From Octopus vulgaris (lineage: Eukaryota): a stretch of 64,000 nucleotides of DNA. Position 1 is the first letter of the stretch; each line of letters opens with the position of its first letter. A model generated the notes under the pieces. It saw only the letters and a list, made by a program, of their open reading frames with translations, was not told the DNA's origin and did no database searches. The position numbers and the translations under genes are program-made. This document shows, one piece after another, positions 47,056 to 62,974 of the stretch. The stretch spans positions 152,458,001-152,522,000 of the forward strand of contig OX597816.1 of assembly GCA_951406725.2 (NCBI GenBank). Direction: 5' to 3'.

Positions 47056-47578
47056 GTTACCCTCTCCAAGAATTTACTGGCAAGGTAATTTATCAGCCCG
47101 AGTCTAATAGGAGATAGTTGCCGAAAGTGTTCCGCAAGGAACCACACTGTCAGCTCCAAGAGAGCGAAATTCTTAATCACACAGTCTTACTCCTACACCT
47201 ACCCAAGAATTTTAAATATCTCCGCTGCATTCCAATTCTTTGTAAATGTAAAAGTATATTCCGGCCACACCAACATGATGCCAATCGCGGCTTTAGAATT
47301 CAAAGATCATTTTCTATAATTGGTTTGCAATTCCCAAAGTAGTTATTCAATGTTTGGTGGACCTCTGTTTCTTGATAGCATTATTGCCTCGCAATTTGCC
47401 GTCTCAAATGTCACTCTTTAGTCATCTGCTAAGAATTTCATTCTGATAAGGTCTCTTTCTGTCGGCCTATCTGCCTGCATGTTTGAACGCGTGATTAGTA
47501 TCGTTTTCTAAGTCCTTGTAATTGTTTTCTCTGTATATTGTAATGAATATATTTGTATGAATATCTTCCTTGTGGAAG

Positions 47579-47677
<99 letters not shown>

Positions 47678-48127
47678 ACACATACACACGTGAGTGTGTA
47701 AATAGGTAACAGCTTTTCTCATAGACAAATTGTATTAAAGACACGCTTCAAAAAGCTTGGCGTCACCATCTCAATGAAATCATTGCAATCGTGGAAAGCT
47801 ATTAACGTTTTTCGCGGTAGATAGCAAAGAATCATCTGAATAATTTTATTTCTACATATAGATGTGAAATGAGCGTGTGTTCGCATTGTATTCAGAAATT
47901 AGAAATATGAACGCCCACAAAACTCTGTATATATTATTACGAACCACTTAGGTGGCAAGTTTTATATAATATTTATTTTGAGATATAGCAGCCTAATCTC
48001 CCACAAAATTCTGTCGAGAATAAATACGGAGAAAGACAGAAAATTGAAATGAAGTAGTAGTAGAAACCTCCTTCTCTCTCACTCTCTCTCTGTCTCTCTC
48101 TCTTTCACACACACACACACACACACA

Positions 48128-48170
<43 letters not shown>

Positions 48171-48328
48171 CTCTATCTCTGCTCTAACGAATAGAAAAGT
48201 AGAGAATGAAATTATAAAAACGAGAGGAGAGTGATGGTATTATGGCAGCAATACGCTTGTGTGACGTCAAACTATTTTCCTTGTTTAGTCTCTTTCTTTC
48301 TTCCTTTCTGTCTCTCCCTGGAATAATA

Positions 48329-48433
<105 letters not shown>

Positions 48434-48580
48434 CTCACGGAAAAGGAAGGCATAGATAGAGTGTGGTATGGCGGCCGTTTGAAAACTGAATAACACTCGT
48501 TTACGCATTGTGGAACCATTCATGAAAGAACTACAAATGTAGTTTCCATTTGATTCAATTTTCAGTTTCTGAAAAGTGGC

Positions 48581-48637
<57 letters not shown>

Positions 48638-48643
48638 TGTATG

Positions 48644-48678
<35 letters not shown>

Positions 48679-48679
48679 A

Positions 48680-48921
48680 CAATTGAGGGTAAAATTAATT
48701 AGTTATTAATCAATTTCACCAAGTATTCAGTATGTAAAAGGACCATTTAAGGCGAATTCACAATATTACATTATATAATTAGGGCTTAGTAAAATAAATT
48801 ACTTTGCCACATACTGAACTTTCTAGAAATAGCAGCCAAAAAAGTTTTTTAGCCATTTCCACTACTTAAAGAAAATTTCTCTCAGATAAAAAGTAATTTA
48901 TTTTACTAAGCCCTAATTATA

Positions 48922-48925
<4 letters not shown>
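48680..48925. mobile_element. Fold-back insert related to 490-1025
   Basis: Arms 48771-48805 / 48891-48925; shared gggtaaaat...tttcaccaagta...aaaggaccattt tail. Confidence 0.6.
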
Positions 48926-48980
<55 letters not shown>

Positions 48981-48982
<2 letters not shown>

Positions 48983-49226
48983 TTTTACTTGTTTCAATCA
49001 TTTGACTGCAGCCATGTTAGAGCACCGCCTTTAGTCGAACAAACCAACTCCAGGACTTACTCTTTGTAAGCCTAGTACTTATTCTGCCGGTCTCTTTTTG
49101 CCGAACCGTTAAGTTACGGGGATGTAAACACACCAACATTGGTTGTCAAGCGATGGAGGGGACAAACACAGACACACACACACACAAATACACACACACA
49201 CGCAAACACACACACACATACAAACT

Positions 49227-49290
<64 letters not shown>

Positions 49291-49341
49291 ACGGGCTTCT
49301 TTCAGTTTCCGTCTAGCAAATCCACTCACAAAGCTTTGGTC
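48981..49341 (-). mobile_element. 5'-truncated SINE (family A) with expanded (CA)n
   Basis: Body and tail similar to the 25241 copy. Confidence 0.7.
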
Positions 49342-52178
49342 GAAGTCTCGTATTTTTGTTTATTATATTTCATTTGCGAGTCCGTGTATTGGGTTCTGTG
49401 CAATCTAATACTTCTGTATAGGGTTTTATTTAACCACGAACAGAAATGTTTCATTAGGAGCCAATGAGGTTAGCCACTATGTCAGGGTTGGACAGGGTTG
49501 GACACTTCTCGCCAACAGATGGAATTTCAACAGCATCCAGATTTGATCATCATTCTTCGACTTGGTCGAACAACCACCTGCAACGAGTCGGGATTCACAG
49601 GACGGTTGGTACCATTCATCCTTTCGATTGCTGAGATCAAGGTTTATAAAACATGGCTTGCGAGATCTCCGTTCGGGTGGTTTTTCTGAATCACCACCTC
49701 ACCTTTGTATGCCAATCCGTCACAAGTTTACAAATTTACAGCTGAGGGAACTGGAGCAACGTGAAGTGAAGTGTTTTGCTCAAGAACACAACGAACAGCT
49801 AGTCTGGGAATCGAAACTATGATCTCTCGATCGTGAGCGTAGCCCCCTAACCATTAGTGGGAGGGAAGGAAGGAGAGAAGGAGGAGAGTTTTATCCAAAC
49901 CGGAGATCTAGCTTGAATGCTTGCAAAAAGGTTAGCTCCGCCAAAAGCACCCAAAGTGTCAGGTAGTAATATTAAATCGAACGACGGGTTAACTTACAGG
50001 TGTCAAACTAATTAAATCTTTAAAGATGCAGTACTATGGTTTATACCACTGCATCTTCCACATTAATTTCTGTCTGAGCTATTTTGTGATAACCTAGTCC
50101 TGTGTCCCGTGTTTTCCAAAATCATATATTGCAGAAAATGCCTTTTTTTCTTTTTATAGCAGGGATTTAAAGAATGTCTCAGAAAGAATTAGCTAATTTT
50201 AATCCAAATGCTTAGGAACGATATGAATGTCAGAATTTCTCATTCTCCCGATAACTTGTATCTTTTCTACTCTAGGCACAAGGCCCGAAATTTTTGGGGA
50301 GGGGGCCAGTCGATAATATCGACCCCAGTACACAACTGGTACTTAATTTATCGACCCCGAAAGGATCAAAAGAAAAGTCGACCTCGGCGGAAAAGCACTG
50401 TAGTTATTGTTGTAATTGCTCATCCCCAGCTAATCTCAGATCAAACAGATTTATAGTCAAAGGTGTTCCAATCATGACCATCTATAGTATTTTCAAGATT
50501 CAGTAACTATTTGTAGCAAATCAAGCAAGTACGAAGAAGCTCCTGCGTTGGCACTTAGTGGTAAGTATCCCCGTCTACCAGACGATGTGTTGTGGGGGTA
50601 AGTTCTTGGTAACTCGTTTTCGATACTTACTTGAAACCGTTTTTACTTATACTACTTAAACGTTTCTAAAAGTTTCTGAACGTCATAACGTCCGGCTCCT
50701 CTATAAATGTTGAGGTTTATGCAACGTATATAAAAAAGATATCTCTTCTAAATCAAGAAAATAGTGCCACTATAACAATGGGCAATGATTCATCATCTAA
50801 AAACATTCTGACCGGAAAGAAGCGTGGATGGGAAGAGAGTAAGAGGCTGTCAAGGACGTTTGAAGACTGAAGTCATCAAAGAATGGATTGGTTTATTGTT
50901 GTATGCATGTAGCACAACTCTGAGGTTGGAGAATCTTGGCAAACCGAGGGGTAGTGGGGACATGATACATATAATATGTGTGCGCACGTATATGATACAT
51001 ATAATGTGTGTACAAACATATATACATACATACGCACACACACACACACATACACATATATACATACATACGCACACACACCCACATACACATATATACA
51101 TACATACATACATACATACATACATACGCACATACAACCACATACACATATATAAATTATTTAAATGGTGAGAGCTTTGGAGTAGAAAAGTGCTCAAGGT
51201 TAGTAGTTTCTGGCCTTTGAGATTTCACCCTGTTTCGGTTTCCGTCGTAACCAATTCTATAAATTTACATTATCAACGACAATGGAAAGGGAATGAATTT
51301 TACACAACAGTATTTCTCATGCTCTGTAAATCCGAGGTCTGGGGCTTCTTTATGTGAGAAACTAACATGAGGGAAGTATGAGGGAAGACTTGGGATGGCA
51401 GAAACAGTAATGTACTGAACTAAATTCTCTACATTATTTTGTTCCATTATTCTGCATTCGAAGTTCAAATCGCGCCAGAGTTGGCTTTGCTCTTTATCTT
51501 CGATGTTAATAAAATGAATACTTCTCATGTACTGCAGTGGTCTCTAGTGTGAGAAACGACAATATGATTATGCATAGATTAATTAAAGCCAAATTGATCT
51601 ATTTTTCTATCTTATTCTGAACTAGAACTGATTAATATCAATTAACATATCATCAACAATGTATTTATATCTATTTTTCTTGTCACACCCTTCCAGATAC
51701 GGGTCGTCATATCATAAATTCCTTAAACATATTTTGCCAATGATGCGTAGGTCTAGCCACCAAACTAAATATAAATAAAATATTTCCATACTTAGTAGTT
51801 TCTGATTTAGATACAAAACCATCAGTTTTAAAGGGAGAGGTAGAGTCGATCCCATCGACTCAGTACTTGACTGGTACTTTTTATTTTATCAATTTCGACG
51901 GAATGAAAGGCAAAGTTGACCTCGGCAGAATTTGAACTCGGAATTCAACACATGCATACATGCAACATTGTTAGACGAACAATATTTATTAAACCCCACT
52001 GAATAAGTACTTTCAATTTTGGCGGATCTATTTTATACATTTGTTTAGCTATTTATATATGTATTTATTTGTTTTCAATTTTATATGTATATACGTGAAT
52101 ATAAATAGAATATTATAATATTCGATTCCCTTCTTTATGTCGGTTTTCAGAGGTCTCGTTCGAATATTTGCTACTACC

Positions 52179-52411
52179 TATTTCTTTACTACTCACAAGG
52201 GGCTAAACACAGAGGGGACAAACAAGGATAGACAAACGGATTAAGTCGATTATATCGACCCCAGTGCGCAACTGGTATTTATTTAATCGACCCCGAAGGG
52301 ATGAAAGGCAAAGTCGACCTCGGCGGAATTTGAACTCAGAACGTAGAGGCAGACGAAATACCACTAAGCTTTTCGCCCGGCGTGCTAACGTTTCTGCCAG
52401 CTCGCCGCCTT
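52179..52411 (-). mobile_element. tRNA-derived SINE (family B) with 17-bp TSD
   Basis: TSD gaatatttgctactacc at 52162-52178 and 52412-52428; matches the 30438 copy. Confidence 0.9.
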
Positions 52412-52480
52412 GAATATTTGCTACTACCACCGAACTCTGCATCTGAGGTTGGCTTCATCTTACCTTGCAACCGCGGCTAT

Positions 52481-52533
<53 letters not shown>

Positions 52534-52956
52534 TACATAGTTGAAATGTCAGTCACATTATTGTGGTGTCTGGGTAGGTTGAGTAGCGTGGGAATTAAAC
52601 CAACTTGTTTGCGAGTTTAATTTTATTAAATGGAAGTGTTAAAGCTTATTGTGTTTTTTTTTTGTGTGTGAGGTGGGATGTTGGTGTTTGGAGAGAGCGG
52701 TCAGAAGAGCTCAAGTTATCCATATGAAGTATCGAATTATCCATATGAAGTAAGAGGGGTTTGGGTGGTGATTGCAAAAACAGATTTGTTCCTTTTCGAG
52801 TATCTAAGATTGACAGTTTTTGGTTTGTAAAATGGTATGCAGGATAGTGTTGTTAATGTGTAAAACATATGTCGTTTCGTTTGTGGGAGAGAACCAGAGA
52901 ACATCTATAGACATATGGGCGTATACATGCCGAGAAACATGCACGGTAGTATGTAG

Positions 52957-53007
<51 letters not shown>

Positions 53008-53271
53008 CACGCAGACACACAGACACACACACACAGACACACACACAGACACACACACACAGACACACACACAGACACACACACACACACACACACAAGC
53101 ACACAAGCACAAACATACACACACGTAATATTTAAAGAAACACTCAAATACGCACACATACAGCACGCTCACGTATTTTCGCGCACACATAGACACGTGC
53201 TTATAATGACGGCCACAGGAATATACATTTAAACAAATATACACATATATCTATATATACGCATATATAGC

Positions 53272-53305
<34 letters not shown>

Positions 53306-53639
53306 TACACACAAGCATACACACAAGCATACATACATAATACATACATACATACATACATACATACATACATACATACATACATACATACATACATACA
53401 CACACACATACACATACATACATACATACATACATACATACATACATACATACATACATACATACATACATACATACACAGTATTATGTACCGACAGGAC
53501 AGGATGTTGTAGCTAGAACACTGTATGATGAGATCCGTCGGAAGGATAACCCCGAGGCGAAAGGAATAAGAACCCACATTATGGAAGAGACCATAGGCAC
53601 TCATAATATTGGTGGGATGAATAATTGAAGTCCTCAATA

Positions 53640-53960
53640 AAATGTAAACATAATAAACCTGACATAGTGATTTGGGACGAGAGAAGAGAAACTGTACACA
53701 GTTGTGGAAATCAGCTGCCCAGCCGATGTAAACATAAAGCTAAAGATCAGCGAAAAAGAAGATACCTACGCTGAACTATCGAGGAATCTACAGTTACTCT
53801 GTCCAGATTACAAGTTCAGGTTTATACCTGTAATTATTGGGACACTGTGATATGTAACACACTGCCCAAATACCAGACTTAAGAAATTAGGCTTCTCAAA
53901 ATCAAAAAGGATCCAAGCCATCACTGGAACTATAAAAATCTATATAATTTTCCAGTAGTT
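53640..53960 (+). pseudogene. R4/Dong-like restriction-like endonuclease fragment
   Basis: KHNKPDIVIWD...VVEISCPAD...EKEDTYAEL...FIPVIIGTL read across frameshifts. Confidence 0.6.
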
Positions 53961-54023
53961 TTTTTTTTAAAGTATATATGAGCATGTCTAGGCATGCAAC
54001 TATATGCATGAGAATACATATAT

Positions 54024-54106
<83 letters not shown>

Positions 54107-54108
<2 letters not shown>

Positions 54109-54413
54109 TTTCTATCCCAGTCGGTCATCCCGGTTTTCAAACAGGGAAACAGATCCCTCGCAGTCAACTATCGCCCAATCTCACTCACCTCCCACATCAT
54201 TAAAGTGTTTGAAAGAGTGTTAAGATCAAGGATAGCTGACTTCCTGGAGACCCACAAACTCCTAAATTCAAATCAGCATGGCTTTCGCTGTGGCAGGGAC
54301 TGTCTAACACAGCTCTTACACCACATTGAAGATGTACTCAAAGCCTTGGGAACAGGTTCGAACTCTGACGTCATATATCTTGACTTCAGTAAAGCGTTCG
54401 ACAGGGTAGACCA
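54107..54413 (+). pseudogene. CR1/Jockey-group LINE reverse transcriptase fragment
   Basis: VIPVFKQG...NYRPISLTSHIIKVFE...QHGFR...VIYLDFSKAFDRVDH. Confidence 0.88.
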
Positions 54414-56280
54414 TAATACATACATACATACATGTTTATATGTATACAGGTTGCTTGAATGTGTTCCTCGAAGATCGCCGCATAATAAGCTACATATTGA
54501 TTGATGAGGAGACAGGAGGAAAGAAACGAGTTTTGGGTTGTGCCGAGTAACTTTTCATCAGGGAAACGATGCTTAAGGATGTGAAGCAGCATCAATGAAG
54601 TCTACTGACTGTTTGACTTGATTAATAGAAAGCGTTTGAACTCAATTACTCACCTGGGGTTACTAAAATCAGTACAAGTTCTATTTCACTGCTATAGTTG
54701 ATGACATTAAACAACTTATTACACCATAGTCCATACAGATACCAGTAAGAACTGAAGCAACTACTACACTCACAAACAATATTGGGTTCTTGACTGAAAT
54801 ATTCTTGCGCAAAATGATGTTCGTCCTAGAGGAGAACTCTGTTTTCGCTCTGTTGAAACAATGTCAAAGCTACGTGTCAGCATATGCAGAAGAGTCAATA
54901 TTAATGTTACCTAAACTCCCGTTCTTTTTTTTTTATTGATGATTTTAAGTTGTATTCAGATGATATTCACCTCATAGAGACAATTAGAGCTGCACACAAC
55001 GTTCTCATGGGACATAGAAGTGAAGTTTGGTCAGGATATGTGTTCAGATTTGGTCGTCAATCGGGGAAAGATTGATCAGACGAGAAAAATACTTAGATTA
55101 CCTTTTCTAGGTCCTTTCTGATTAACAAGTGAGCAGTGTTATCGGTAGAAAGGGCTGCCTAGTCGCTCGAAGACCTCTCGAATGTATCCATCGCCATAGT
55201 TTGGAAAATATGCGACCAATGTCCCAAGCCGTCCATGTGAAGATTCAAGTTTGCAGCTACATACTTCTAGTTGGTTAAACCCGAATAATTCTATTTCCCA
55301 ATTGCCCCAGGACTTTGCCTTGCCATTGTGTGTTTCCCAAGAAGTTCCTGTGCATGGAATTGAGCATAGTGAGGGAAGAGTGCACAAAACTGCACGGAAT
55401 TTTTCTATAGAACAGTTTCTCATCGTCGGTGGCTCAGTATGAGCTGAAACCACCAGAAGCTGAGAGATTCACAGGTTTTACATCAGAGTGTCTGTCAAGT
55501 TTTGTAATTTGTTTATCTCATAAGCATCGGTAAAGGATCAAGAATCAAATAGCTACTGCGAATTTCTACCTCGCCGTAGCGGAAGCACAACAAACAGCAG
55601 AACGTATGAGAAGGGGTAACAACATCAACCGTGATCTTGTGGCGATGGAATCAATTGTGTGTCCCCGTTTATTTCAATCGCAATATATATAAGAACCCCC
55701 CACCCACCAAAAAAAAAAGAAAAAAGAAAAAACCCGGACGAATCCATATAAAACTAATACATGTCATGTGACTGATGGTTTTTAAAAACTTATATTTAAG
55801 CAAAAATACAACACTTCTTATATATCCATTAGGAGTTCAATACACGGCAGTATCCGTCTCCTAGACAACTGTTCTGACAAAGACTGGGAGTCCATCAAGC
55901 TTGTTTTGTGCTGAGAGTGATTTTTAGACACTTTGCAGGATGAAAAACTAAACCCATCAAAAGGCAGAGGAACTCAAGAGAGTTGACATCCATCTCATAT
56001 AATCACAAGTAGATGATAGTGCTTAGCAGTCGTTGTGAAAACAATTCATGTCAGTGAAGGAAATCTCTAATAAAAACGGTTCTGTGAGGAATTGCAACCA
56101 GCTGATACTATTTTGCACAGAAGACATTAAAACATGATGCTATACTTTCGTCTAGTGGCGAATATATATGCATACATACATACATACATACATACATACA
56201 TACATACATACATGCATGCATACATACATACATACATACATACATACATACATACATACATACAGACACACAAACACACA

Positions 56281-56343
<63 letters not shown>

Positions 56344-56443
56344 GCATGTATGTATGCATGTAAGTGTGTGTGTGTGTGTGTGTTTATATCTCTTATATCT
56401 CTATCTACTCAAACGGATCTATGCAGACATACACACGTATATG

Positions 56444-56478
<35 letters not shown>

Positions 56479-56965
56479 GCATACATATATGTATGAATGC
56501 GGTGAATCATCTAAACTAATGCATGCTAGCGCGAGACTAATTAGCTAGGGAGTGAATCATCAGCTCCGGGCAAAAGCAAAGATATTGTTCTCACGTTTAA
56601 AGATCCAAATGTGTATGTATGTATGTATGCGCACAGACGCACGCACACACAAACACACACACACGCATATACACACAAACACCGATAATGGTACTTATAG
56701 CTTTCTATTTACATTACACACACACACACACACACACACACAATCACACACACATGTACCTTCTTTATTTTCCTCACCGTTCTTTACGTTGGTTCTTTTA
56801 TTCGCAGGTTTTTGCTGTTGACGCCACCAAAATTAACAATATTATCGTTAAAGGCATGAAATTGTTATGATATGAGTTTTGGACCACGACTGATGAGGAA
56901 AGAGCATGTCCACGTTTAATATGTGAATTTTCCGTTTCCTCAGTCGTCATTCAGTGTAGCTTTTG

Positions 56966-58299
<1,334 letters not shown>

Positions 58300-58309
58300 C
58301 ATATACATA

Positions 58310-60182
58310 CAGGGGTTGGACAAAATAATGGAAACACCTAGCATCATAGCATCATAATTTTAAAATATCTATAAAACCGTCAAAAGCTTGTTTTTTAAAA
58401 TGTTTTTTGAGTTATTATAAGTGTGTGAACTGAGCTTGCGCAAGACATCATTTGTGAAGCAAGGTGTGAGGCCAAAGAGACGGAAACCTCGATAGGCCGA
58501 GGACAGAAAATGGGAGGTGTTCGTGGACAAGTCATTCATTGCTTGAAAGCATCGTTGTGTCATCACTCCGGCCCGACCTAGTTTTGGTAGATGAGGGTCA
58601 GAGACGTGTGATCCTTGCGGAGCTTACTGTGCCATGGGCGGAGAGCATTGCTGAGGCCCATAAACGGAAGCTGTTGGGCTATGAAGAGCTGATAGCTGAT
58701 ATTCGGGAGAAGGGTTACATCTGTGAGCTGGTTGCATTCGAGGTCGGCTGCAGGGGTTTCCCAGCAACTTCTCTCAGAAGGTTTCTGAAGGTGGCTGGTG
58801 TGTCTGCTGTGAGGAAGACCATCAAGGAATGTGGGGAGAAAGCAATTGAGGGTAGCGCGTGAATTACCAGGAGGTTTATGAATGCGGATAAGGCCACAGA
58901 ACTGTCATGAGTCTGGTTGCAACGCAATACGTCCAGCTGTTGCCGGTCCACCGTGCGGAGAGATACTGAGCTTGAAGTACGATAATTGCAGCCGGAGGAA
59001 AAATGGAACATTCTGTGTTTTCTTTTAGTTTTGCTTAATATGTTTTGCTAAAATTGCTGTTTCTTTTCAAATATCATCAGAAGAAGGTAATTAAAATTCA
59101 TTAAAATGACAGATCTATCAGACTTTCAAAGAGGTCAAATTGTTGGTGCTCGTATGGCAGGCGCTAGCGTAACGAAAACAGCCAAAATGTTTGGTGTATC
59201 AAGAAGTACTGTCACGAAAGTAATGACAGCCTTTGAGAAAGAGAGGAAAACCTCCTCATCGAAACAAAACTCCAGAAGAAAACCAAAACTTTCAGATAGG
59301 GACCGTCGGACTCTTACGTGAATTGTTAGAAAGGATCACGAAAGTGCAACTACCAAAAATACCGCAGAGCTTAATGACCACCTCGAGGACCCAGTTTCCA
59401 CAAAAACTGTTCACCGGAACCTGCACAAAGCCAGATTTCACGGGAGGGCTGCAATCAGAAAACCAAGTCTTGCAAAACAAACGTTGCAAAGCGTTTAGAC
59501 CTACAGAACTGGTCCCTGGAGCAGTGGAAATATGTTATTTTTTCGGACGAGTCATCCTTTACTTTATTTCCGACCACCGGCCGAGTATACGTATGGAGAC
59601 AGCCAAAAGAAGCATTTGACACAGACTGCCTTCTTCCAACCGTTAAACATGGGGGAGGATCTGTGATGATCTGGAGAGCTATATACCGAAAATCTGCCGG
59701 CCCAATGGTTTCCCTTCATGGCAGAATTAATAGTCAAGACTAAGCCTTTTATCTGATCAAATTCATCCTATGGTTGCGGAACTGTTTCCGGAGGGAAACG
59801 CAATCTTTCAGGATGACAATGCACCAATTCACAAAGCCAAAGTTGTTACTGAATGACACGAGAAACATTCTAGTGAAGTTGAACATCTTATCTGGCCACC
59901 ACAGTATGCCAGATCTCAATATTATATCAATATTATGCCAGATCTCAACATTTATGATGCATTTTAGAAAAACAAGGAATCGGTATCCCTCACCATCATT
60001 ACAAGAACTGGAGACTGTTTTAGCTGAAGAATGGACAAAAATTCCTTTGGAAACAATTCAGACTTTGAGCGAGTCCATACCTCGTGGAATTCAAGCTGCA
60101 ATTACTGCCAAAGGCGGTCCTACTCCATATTAAAATAAATTTGTCTGAAATTTTAAGGTGTTTCTATTATTTTGTCCAACCC

Positions 60183-60185
<3 letters not shown>
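58310..60185 (+). mobile_element. Tc1-like element with degenerate transposase (59106-60133)
   Basis: TIR aggggttggacaaaataat.gaaacacct; MTDLSDFQRGQIVGARMAGAS, FSDESSF, FQDDNAPIH, AKGGPTPY. Confidence 0.9.
58428..58990 (+). pseudogene. HERO/NeSL-like non-LTR 3' fragment nested in the Tc1
   Basis: SLRPDLVLVD...ILAELTVPWAE..EAHKRKL.GY...AFEVGCRGF restriction-like endonuclease motif; GC-richer than its flanks. Confidence 0.8.
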
Positions 60186-60219
<34 letters not shown>

Positions 60220-60551
60220 GTGAAATAGAAAGATGAATAATCTTGTAGTAGATTAATCAAAAGTTTAACCGATACCTTAGTAGCAAAAATCACAGCAGTA
60301 AAACAGCACGGTTGGAGGTACAACCATATGGTGTTGCAACCGTGCGTTGGTGCGGATAATTGAAATTAGAACATTATTGGTGAATTGAAGAAATGGAGCT
60401 GAACGCAGATTGAACAGAAATCGTTTTATTTCATTCTACACGTGTTTCGAAAGGCACAAATTACCAAAATCCGATGGAATAATGGGACCATATTGTGTCT
60501 TTCTCTTCAGGAAGAAAATAGGAAATCCGTTGGAAAAACAAAAACAGAACA

Positions 60552-61740
60552 TTTTAAGTAAGGACGGGAGCGCGGTGGATGCCGGGGTAGTCGCTCCCGC
60601 ATTTAATTTAGCGAACAAGGATAATTATCGGTCCGGGAGGTCTTACACTAACCCAAGACCCGTTATTCATCCGAGAATCACCCACCCGAATGCGAGAGCT
60701 GGCGTCCCGATCCATCACACTGATAGGAATAAGCATATATGGTTTGTAATCCCCTTTGGTAAGCAGATTAGAACTAACCTCCCCCTCATGTTTAGACAAG
60801 CCATCGCCAATAACTTCCCCAGAAATTCCAAATATTACTCCACGGTTAACTCGCATAAAGTTAGGATAGCTTTCTCCAACACTAAAACCTCGCCCAGATA
60901 ATCGCCTCCCATAATAATAGGCTACTTACTAAGACCCTATCACCTTTTTCCGGAGGCACAGCCTCTTCCGCTCCCGGTTTAATGCTCAGTAGGAATAATT
61001 ATAGTAGTAATAATGATATGAGAGCCAGTACAGTGACACATAATCTCAGCTCCAGCCAGGGAGTACCCACTAGGGGTATAGTTATAAATAGGGGTGTTGT
61101 GGTTGACGGTAACAATGGGAGTAGGGTAGAGAGCCCCAATAGCATCCCCAGCATCATTTCCCGCAATAGCAGCACCACGGGCAGTAGCAATGACAGCACT
61201 TTGATAGATAGTGGAGAATCAGGGGTTATTCCTATAGTTAATAGTGACGTAGTGGAAAATAGAGTAGTAAGCGGCTGCAGGTCTCGGAACGAATATAGTG
61301 ACAGGAACGCAGTTCTAATTTCAGAAACTAATCCTAGCAGAATTAGATTCACGTCGGCGAACTCCAAGATCAAAAACGCCGTCTACCAATGCAAGGTTTA
61401 CACGGACTCAGATGTCTTCACTTATGTAGGGGCCTCATCCTCAAGATTGTCTTTGCGTGTCTCCAACCATTACGCAACTTTTCGGGACATGAACAAGCGC
61501 CAGACCACGGGACTCAGTAAGCTAATATGGCGACTGAAGGATACGAACTTAAGCTACAGGCTGGAATGGTCAATTTTGTCGGTGGCCCTCCCATTTGATA
61601 GGGGCAGAAGGCAGTGCAACCTTTGTGTCTCCGAACTCTTCCATATTTTGTTTGCCAGAGGCCGGATGGTAAACGGGCTTTTACAGTCGGCTTTTCGATG
61701 CCCCCATTGGCGGCGTTACACTTATCTGGCTTTTAAATAG
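60552..61740 (+). pseudogene. PLE linker plus GIY-YIG endonuclease, one frameshift near 60888
   Basis: RNKHIWFVIPFGKQIRTN...VRIAFSNTK/LAQIIASHNNRLL, then AVYQCKV...TYVGAS...RVSNH...EWSIL...CNLCVSE...RCPH. Confidence 0.8.
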
Positions 61741-62327
61741 CGTTTATAAATAATACCGGCACCCATAGCCCTTGGTAACAAATTCTGAAATAGCCTTTAA
61801 GATATCTACGATTAACCACTGCAAGGGGAATTACTCCTGTAAGACAAACGGGGCTGGGTTTTTTCACAGCGGGGGGTTTCCTTGACAAGGCAGGCTTAGA
61901 TGAACACACACACACATAAAACATGATATATATTTTTTTTTCTGCCACCCAACGGTCATCACGGCAGTAGCCACTGACAGCCGAACGATCAAACGCACAC
62001 ACGTACACAAAAAATGTTTTCTACCCCTACGCCAACACACACGTATATAGAACAGTATACACACACACACGTCTCTAAGTAGATTTTTTCTCGCCCCTTA
62101 TAAAACATCCAATATTCCTTAAATAGTCAGAACTTTATTCTCGGTCACAAAGAACATCTACGCCCCCTCACCCACATGATTGACCGATGCCTGACCCGTT
62201 GAATTCTTCAGCCACCGGTTCTCAACATACACTGATAAACAGTTTCGCCATGGGCTCTTAGGAGCATAGTTCGATTTGTTTTTGCTCCGCCTCTGTTCTG
62301 TTTTTGTTTTTCCAACGGATTTCCTAT

Positions 62328-62416
62328 TTTCTTCCTGAAGAGAAAGACACAATATGGTCCCATTATTCCATCGGATTTTGGTAATTTGTGCCTTTAGAAA
62401 CACGTGTAGAATGAAA
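62328..62416 (+). ncRNA. Type I hammerhead ribozyme motif in PLE 3' region
   Basis: UUC-CUGAAGA-gaaagacacaa...ttgtgccttt-GAAA-CACGUG-UA-GAA. Inverted copy at 60429-60517 (-). Confidence 0.8.
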
Positions 62417-62915
62417 TAAAACGATTTCTGTTCAATCTGCGTTCAGCTCCATTTCTTCAATTCACCAATAATATATATATATATATATATATATAAATGT
62501 ATACACACACACACACACACACATACACACGCACACACACACATATATACATACATATATATATATTTGGTTGTGTGTAAGTATGTAAGTATATACATAC
62601 TATTTTCCTCTCATTCTGGTCTAACGAACCTCTAAGTTTGTTTTCGTTCGGTTTCCTTGTATGTCTCCACTGTCATGTTTTCGTTCCCACCTCTGACCGT
62701 CAAAAAATCCTAAATTCTATTTTAGAATTTATGGGAGCAACTGTCTTTGAAGACTCACATTGTCGCTGAATGCTCGAAATGAGGAGTAGATAGACAGCCA
62801 ACAACTGACGAAGGATCCGTTCTTTGTCTTTACTTGTCCTATTATCCATTTTTTTCTCTCGTTGTTTTCGTATTTCATGTTATTTGCACCGTTGGTGATG
62901 TCCTGTACCCATATA

Positions 62916-62969
<54 letters not shown>

Positions 62970-62974
<5 letters not shown>

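Larger units (their letters stand above)
60218..62472 (+). mobile_element. 5'-truncated Penelope-like element (Naiad-like) with inverted terminal copy
   Basis: Inverted arms 60373-60551 / 62294-62472, a hammerhead in each arm, an internal linker plus GIY-YIG ORF, (TA)n flanks. Confidence 0.85.

Noticed and set aside
62740-62830. GAAA upstream of CTGACGA as a permuted hammerhead (similar at 13880 and 35695)
   Set aside because: Could not form the required stems by eye.
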